From Podarcis cretensis (lineage: Eukaryota): 64,000 nucleotides of DNA. The DNA lies in contig OX638165.1 in the NCBI GenBank assembly GCA_951804945.1, positions 15,438,001-15,502,000 on the forward strand. Direction: 5' to 3'. How positions within the stretch are numbered: position 1 is the first letter of the stretch; the number at the start of each line of letters is the position of its first letter. Made by a program: the position numbers and the translations under genes. Shown piece by piece: positions 59,201 through 64,000 of this stretch. Below the pieces are notes generated by a model. It was not told where the DNA came from. It was given only the letters and a program-made list of their open reading frames with translations, and did not search any database.

Positions 59201-61197
59201 TTTGTTTTGATCTGGCTCTGTGGCACAGAGGGCAGGCTGGACCGCTTGATCCTTCTGAGAAGCAGCTGTGGCATGCAGACCTGGAATTGACAGTATAAAC
59301 TCTGTTTAATAGATGTTTAGTGGAGACTAATGAAATTCCACAGCTGAGACCAATGAAGGAGATTTGCTCATATGTGCACTTCTCTCTTCCCCCTGCCCCC
59401 CCCCACAGAGGGAGAGACACAGAAAGAGAGAGGGGGCAAAAGAGCAAGCAGCCGTGAATGCATTAAAAGACTAAGCTTTCCAAATGCCAACGTCCTGCTT
59501 AGCTTTTGTTCGTTTAATGAAATGTTACCAGTTTTCAAGTTTACATTTCACCATAGCCATAAGAACTAGAAACCTGTGCAGCTTTAGTGATAAATGAACA
59601 CCCCCAAGGCCCAACCTAGATGATGCCAATTCCCATGCTGCCCTGTTCATATCAGCCCTAAACAGCCTTAGACTGCAATCCAATATGCAGCTACCTGGGA
59701 GTTAAGTGTGGGGCTGGCTTCTGCATAGAAATGCACGGGATTGCACTGTGAGGCCTGCCTGCATCCATTGGAATTTCCCCTCATCACCTGACACCCTCCT
59801 TTTTATTCCATCCCTCTGATGTGCAGGAGTTGGCTACCCAAAGCACAACATTCACTCTGCCAGCATGTAAATGTGGAACTTCCTTCCAGGGGATACTCAC
59901 CAGGCTCCTCCTTGAATATGACTTAAGTGGCAAGAGAAGACTCTACTTGTTTCAAAGGGAAGAGCCAAAACACAGTGGAAGGGTACTTTCTTTGCATACA
60001 GAAAATCTCAGAGTCAATCCTTGGCATCTTCAGGTAGGACTGTATGAAACTCTGGAGAGCTTTTGCAAACCACTGTGGGCAAGCAATACTGTGCTACATG
60101 GACAGATAGTCTGACTCAGTATAAACCAGCTTCCTATGTTTCTATTTAAACCAGCCCTTTATTCAGTACCATGAGGACTGGAATCTTACTTTCTATTTAA
60201 GGAAAAGACTCGAGCACACATTGGACCTTCACACGGCTGCCTCACCACTCACCTGTCAATACTGTGCCATCCTGGGCTTGGCAGTGTCTCTCCAGCCGCT
60301 CGTCTAGCTGGCGGCAGATGTGCTCACCAAAGTACTGGAGGATCCGAGCCTCGCGCCCGCTGCGCAAAGGGAGTGGGTATTTGCGGAGAGAGCTCAGCGC
60401 CTGAACACAAGGAAGAGGATTTATTGTTTTGATAGTAAGGAGAGGTGCACATGGTTTCTCCTGTCTCTTCACTTTGACTAACAAGGAGAGCAGTTCAGGC
60501 TGGGGCCTGAACTAACCCATACATAGTCTCTTTGGTCAGTTCATAGTTGCTGATACTTAGGGCTGGATCCAGACTTCAATTTCAACCCGATACTCACTTT
60601 ATTTGGGAGTAAGATTTCAGTGGGGCTTATTTCTCAGTATACAGTATATGTACAGGATTGCTTTGTAAGTGATACTTAGAAGATACATATTGAAATTAGT
60701 AACTAACATGGGTGGACTCCAAGTCAAGATCTTACCCATCATTTATGCATGTTTATCGATCCTGCTTGTTCAGCCACAAACTCAGCTCCCATAGCAGCTT
60801 TACTCATAGCTAAGAATAAGGTCCCTGCCCGAAGGCTTACAATTTTAAGGCATAGCACTAGAGGAAAATGTATTGGGAGAGAGGAGGAAACAAACAATTT
60901 CAGATGCAAGTTATCCTAATGACCAGCTGGGGAGAAAAGTCCAAGAAGTTTAATATTATGTGTTAGCATTATATTACTACATTATAAATTGGGTACTGAG
61001 GGGAATCCAACGAGCGCTAAGGGGTATATGGGCGGAGCAAAACACCCGGAGGGCGTGGCCTGCCACTAGGGGGCGTGGCTTACCCGTTCATAGGCGCGTT
61101 GGCTCCTGAGGCGCCCGCGCTCGGCGGCCTGGTCGCGCCACTCCTGGAGCCAGCGCGTAAATAAGGGGTTCGGGGCCCCCTGAGTGGGCTTCGGCAT
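45035..61197 (-). CDS. MUS81: MUS81 structure-specific endonuclease, complete spliced CDS
   Basis: Coding exons 61084-61197, 60253-60400, 59186-59280 (least certain), 56769-56867, 56427-56507, 54993-55081, 54023-54199, 53103-53207, 51913-52040, 50614-50726, 50027-50143, 49046-49141, 47532-47654, 46672-46775, 45451-45534, 45035-45101; motifs [29 protein letters not shown] (ERKx3D), [10 protein letters not shown]; AATAAA at 44486-44491 (-). Confidence 0.95.
45921..46147 (-). mobile_element. Tigger-type MITE
   Basis: Same family as 41395-41610. Confidence 0.85.
49347..49693 (-). mobile_element. Sauria SINE
   Basis: Full head and tail; near-TSD GCCAGT(T/A)ACATTA. Confidence 0.88.
54745..54880. 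mobile_element. hAT-type palindromic MITE; relatives at ~45608-45729, ~46468-46587, ~47990-48120, ~62249-62385
   Basis: CAGGCATAGGCAAACT TIRs, 8-bp TSD CTGTAAGC, ACTACAACTCCCATCATCC core. Confidence 0.88.
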
Positions 61198-61500
61198 CTT
61201 CCGAAGGCGCCGGAAAGTTTCTCCTTTCTCTTTGACCCGGAACTCGACGGGGAGATGAAGCGGGGAAGGCAGAGCGGCCTGCCAGGCAGCGACTGCGCAC
61301 GCGCACTTCGCCCCCTAGAGGCCGACGGGCGGAACCGTAGACGCATGAAAAGGGAAGAGCGGCCGCTTCCGCGTTCCCGCTCTCAACCAGCCTTCTCTCC
61401 AGAGGCGAAAGTGAGAGAGGCGCCTGGGCAGGTCAAAAATGACAGCCGCTTTGCCCGCGAGTCGGTGGGGCAGGATGAGTCTCCCGTAGGCAACTGAGCG
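61000..61500. promoter_or_regulatory. CpG island / MUS81 promoter
   Basis: CpG-rich with GC boxes and CCGGAA/GCGGAA ETS-like motifs around the MUS81 start codon. Confidence 0.7.
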
Positions 61501-63512
61501 CTGGATTTGGCTCTGGGGAAGGTAAAAAGAAATACGACTCGCCTTTGCTCACAAAAGCCAACCAGACCCACCTGAGCCTCCCACCAGTAAGCATCGCAGA
61601 CCTGTGAAGCCCCTCCTGCAATAGGGCATAGCTGTCAACTTTTCCCTTTTCTTGCGAGGAATCCTATTCGGAATAAGGGAATTTCCCTTGAAAAAAGGAA
61701 AACGTTGACAGCTATGCAGTAGGGGTGTCATGGCGGGCAACACTGCAGGGTTGTTGCAAGCTACTGTACTGTTTCAGTCTCAGCCCTACCTGCATTGGGG
61801 CCAGTTACTACTGGAGTGCATTTTGAAGGGCCCTTGCAAAGTACTCTCTCGGCTTCAGGCAAGCCTCCAATCTGCAGTACTCAGAAGACACTGCACCGCA
61901 AGGCTGTCGCAAGGCACTCCCAACTACAATCTCCAACCTGCACCATGGAAATAATGAGATGCACGTGCGTTTGTATTAGCTGGGCTACTTTATGAATATG
62001 TTGCAAAACTTCTTCTTTTTTTTAAGGAAAGAGGTAGAGCAGAAGCGCCCCTCTTTGCTGCGATCTGTTTTGGGGTGTGTGGACGCACTAAGAGTTGTAT
62101 CCAGTATTAGCCCTACTTGGAGTAGATGCTCTGATAATAATGAATGTGATCTCACTTCGGCCAATTTGTTACAATGGATCTACTCTGAACAGAGATTAGT
62201 TGGCAGCAACTCTAAACGCCCAGTCACAATTATGTGGATATATTAGACCAGGCTTCCTCAAACTGGGCCCTCCAGATATTTTTGGCCTAAAACTCCCATG
62301 ATCCCTAGCTAGCAGGACCAGTGGTCAGGGATGATGGGAATTGTAGTCTCAAAACATCCGGCGGGCCGAGTTTGAGGAAGACAGTATTAGGCTTTCCCAT
62401 GGATTACTATGAGCTGCTGCTTCTCCCCTCTTTGGACCTGGGATACATTTAAACTGCTCAATCCCTTTCTGACAGGAGATGCTGCATGCCTTCTACATGC
62501 AGTGCTGATGCTTTGTCACCGAGTTACAGTCCCTCCCATGAAAGGGAAGAAGCTGCAAATTATTTGTCCGTCTAGGCCAGTGGCATCTGCTTTGACTGGC
62601 AGCCGCTCTCCAGGGTTTCCACCAGAGAAGGATCTTTCTTTCCCATCACCTGCTACTTTGATTCTTATAGCTGAAGCTGCCAATTATTACTCTGCTCCTA
62701 AGTGCCTTTTCATGTTTACATAACACAGATTAAGATTGCTGCCTTATTAAGAGAACCTTAATATGCACTGCTCCGCTTTGCAAATTTAAAAAGACATCTG
62801 TGAACCAGGAAGGGCCATTTCTCAGTGGTTTGACCACAATTTTTGCATTCAGGAGATCCCAGAGGCTCAATCCCCAGCATCTCCAGGTAGGGCTGGCAGA
62901 GAGCCCTGCCTGGAGAGCTGCTGCCAGTCAATATACAGTAGTTAGATGGACCAGTGGGTCTGATTCTGTATAAGGCTGCTTCCTCTGTTTCAGAATAGAT
63001 TCTATATAATCTCCAAGGTGATTGTCATGGCCTCTGGCTAGCACAATAAATTTATTGAAAGAGTGGACCTCCAAGGTGGCACATGGTTCATGAGACGGGT
63101 TTGGGGAGAGTAGATGGAGTAAGACTGAAATCATCCTTCCGCTCCTGCTGTCAGGTGTGTAGTCATCCTGTGTTCTTTGAAGATTGCTCATCAACAGGCA
63201 GGCAGAGGCACTGTATGTGCTAAAGGTGTGGTTACACCTAATTCAATAAGAGGCAAGCCGCGTGAGCAACAGAGAGGTGCTGTGAAGTCAGCTGCCTGCA
63301 ATTTGTCATAGCTCTAACACACCCTGCATGTCTGCTTGCAGCTTCCAAAGGGTCTTCTGCATTTGGATGTTTTGTATAAGATTTTTTTTTGTGGTACTTG
63401 GTTCTTTCACTTACATGCACATTTATTGAATTAAATTAGAATGTGGAATCATGATTTATAATTTGGTACAGTATTTGGTTTTGAATGTGGAAATTGTATT
63501 GTGTTTCTTACA

Positions 63513-64000
63513 CAGTGGGACCTCGGTTTTTGAATATTTCTACTGACGAATGTTTCGGTTTACGAACGCTGTAAATCTGGAAGTAAATGCTTCGGTTTTC
63601 AAACACACCTCGGAAGTCAAACATGCCACACAGCTTCTGCTGATTGCAAGATCCTGAGGCCTAGCTGTTGGCACCTGTGCACCACAGAGGTGATATTTGG
63701 GCTTATTTGGTGACTGTATGCAATCAATCTGTGCTCATCTCATCTCAGGAGCTCTCTTGCGACCAGTTTGTTTTTGTGACTGTGGAATCCAGTGCATAAA
63801 TCTGTATTCATCTCATCTCATCTCAGCAGCCCTCTGCCAATCACCCCGTGCTGTGAGAAATGGATAAAAGCTGCAAAGCCAAGAGAATCCTTAACAGAAT
63901 AACAATAGAGGTGAAGAAGGAAATTATTTCCAAACATGAAAGTGGTGTCCGTGTAAGTGATCTGGCAAAGCAGTTTGGTATTGCCAAATCTACAGTTTCT
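63513..64000 (+). mobile_element. Tigger/pogo DNA transposon 5' end; transposase ORF starts at 63860 and runs off the window
   Basis: CAGTGGGACCTCGG TIR-like start; MDKSCKAKRILNRITIEVKKEIISKHESGVRVSDLAKQFGIAKSTVS is a CENP-B/psq-type HTH. Confidence 0.8.

Noticed and set aside
61300-63500. CFL1, expected head-to-head with MUS81 from human synteny
   Set aside because: No cofilin-coding sequence recognised in the window

Overview
Vertebrate genomic DNA, very likely from a lacertid lizard, judging by multiple Sauria/POM-type SINEs and squamate-type MITEs. Host genes: the 3' exons of FIBP (+), a complete EFEMP2/fibulin-4 (+, 10 coding exons) and a complete MUS81 (-, about 14 coding exons), in the order seen at human 11q13 but without a visible CTSW. 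The main feature is a very young, nearly intact ~13.9 kb class I (gamma/epsilon-like) endogenous retrovirus inserted antisense in the last FIBP intron (1308-15215). It has near-identical 1.27 kb LTRs, a tRNA-Lys1,2 PBS, gag with a single homopolymer frameshift, and open pro-pol and env. Its unusual features are: a UGA-CAAUUA (TMV-type) gag-pol readthrough signal; an apparent leader intron ending just before the gag ATG; an array of ~41 TTTGACAGC-type units between pol and env, each resembling a branch point/3' splice site and a stop codon; a repeat-extended integrase tail ending in a BET-binding-like motif; a long U3 with a second promoter-like element and a decayed ORF; and a younger 5'-truncated RTE-X-like LINE inserted in the 5' LTR only. 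The rest is intronic/intergenic DNA dense in SINEs, LINE fragments, MITEs and solo LTRs, and a Tigger-type transposase ORF begins at the right edge. All calls were made by eye; no database searches were run.
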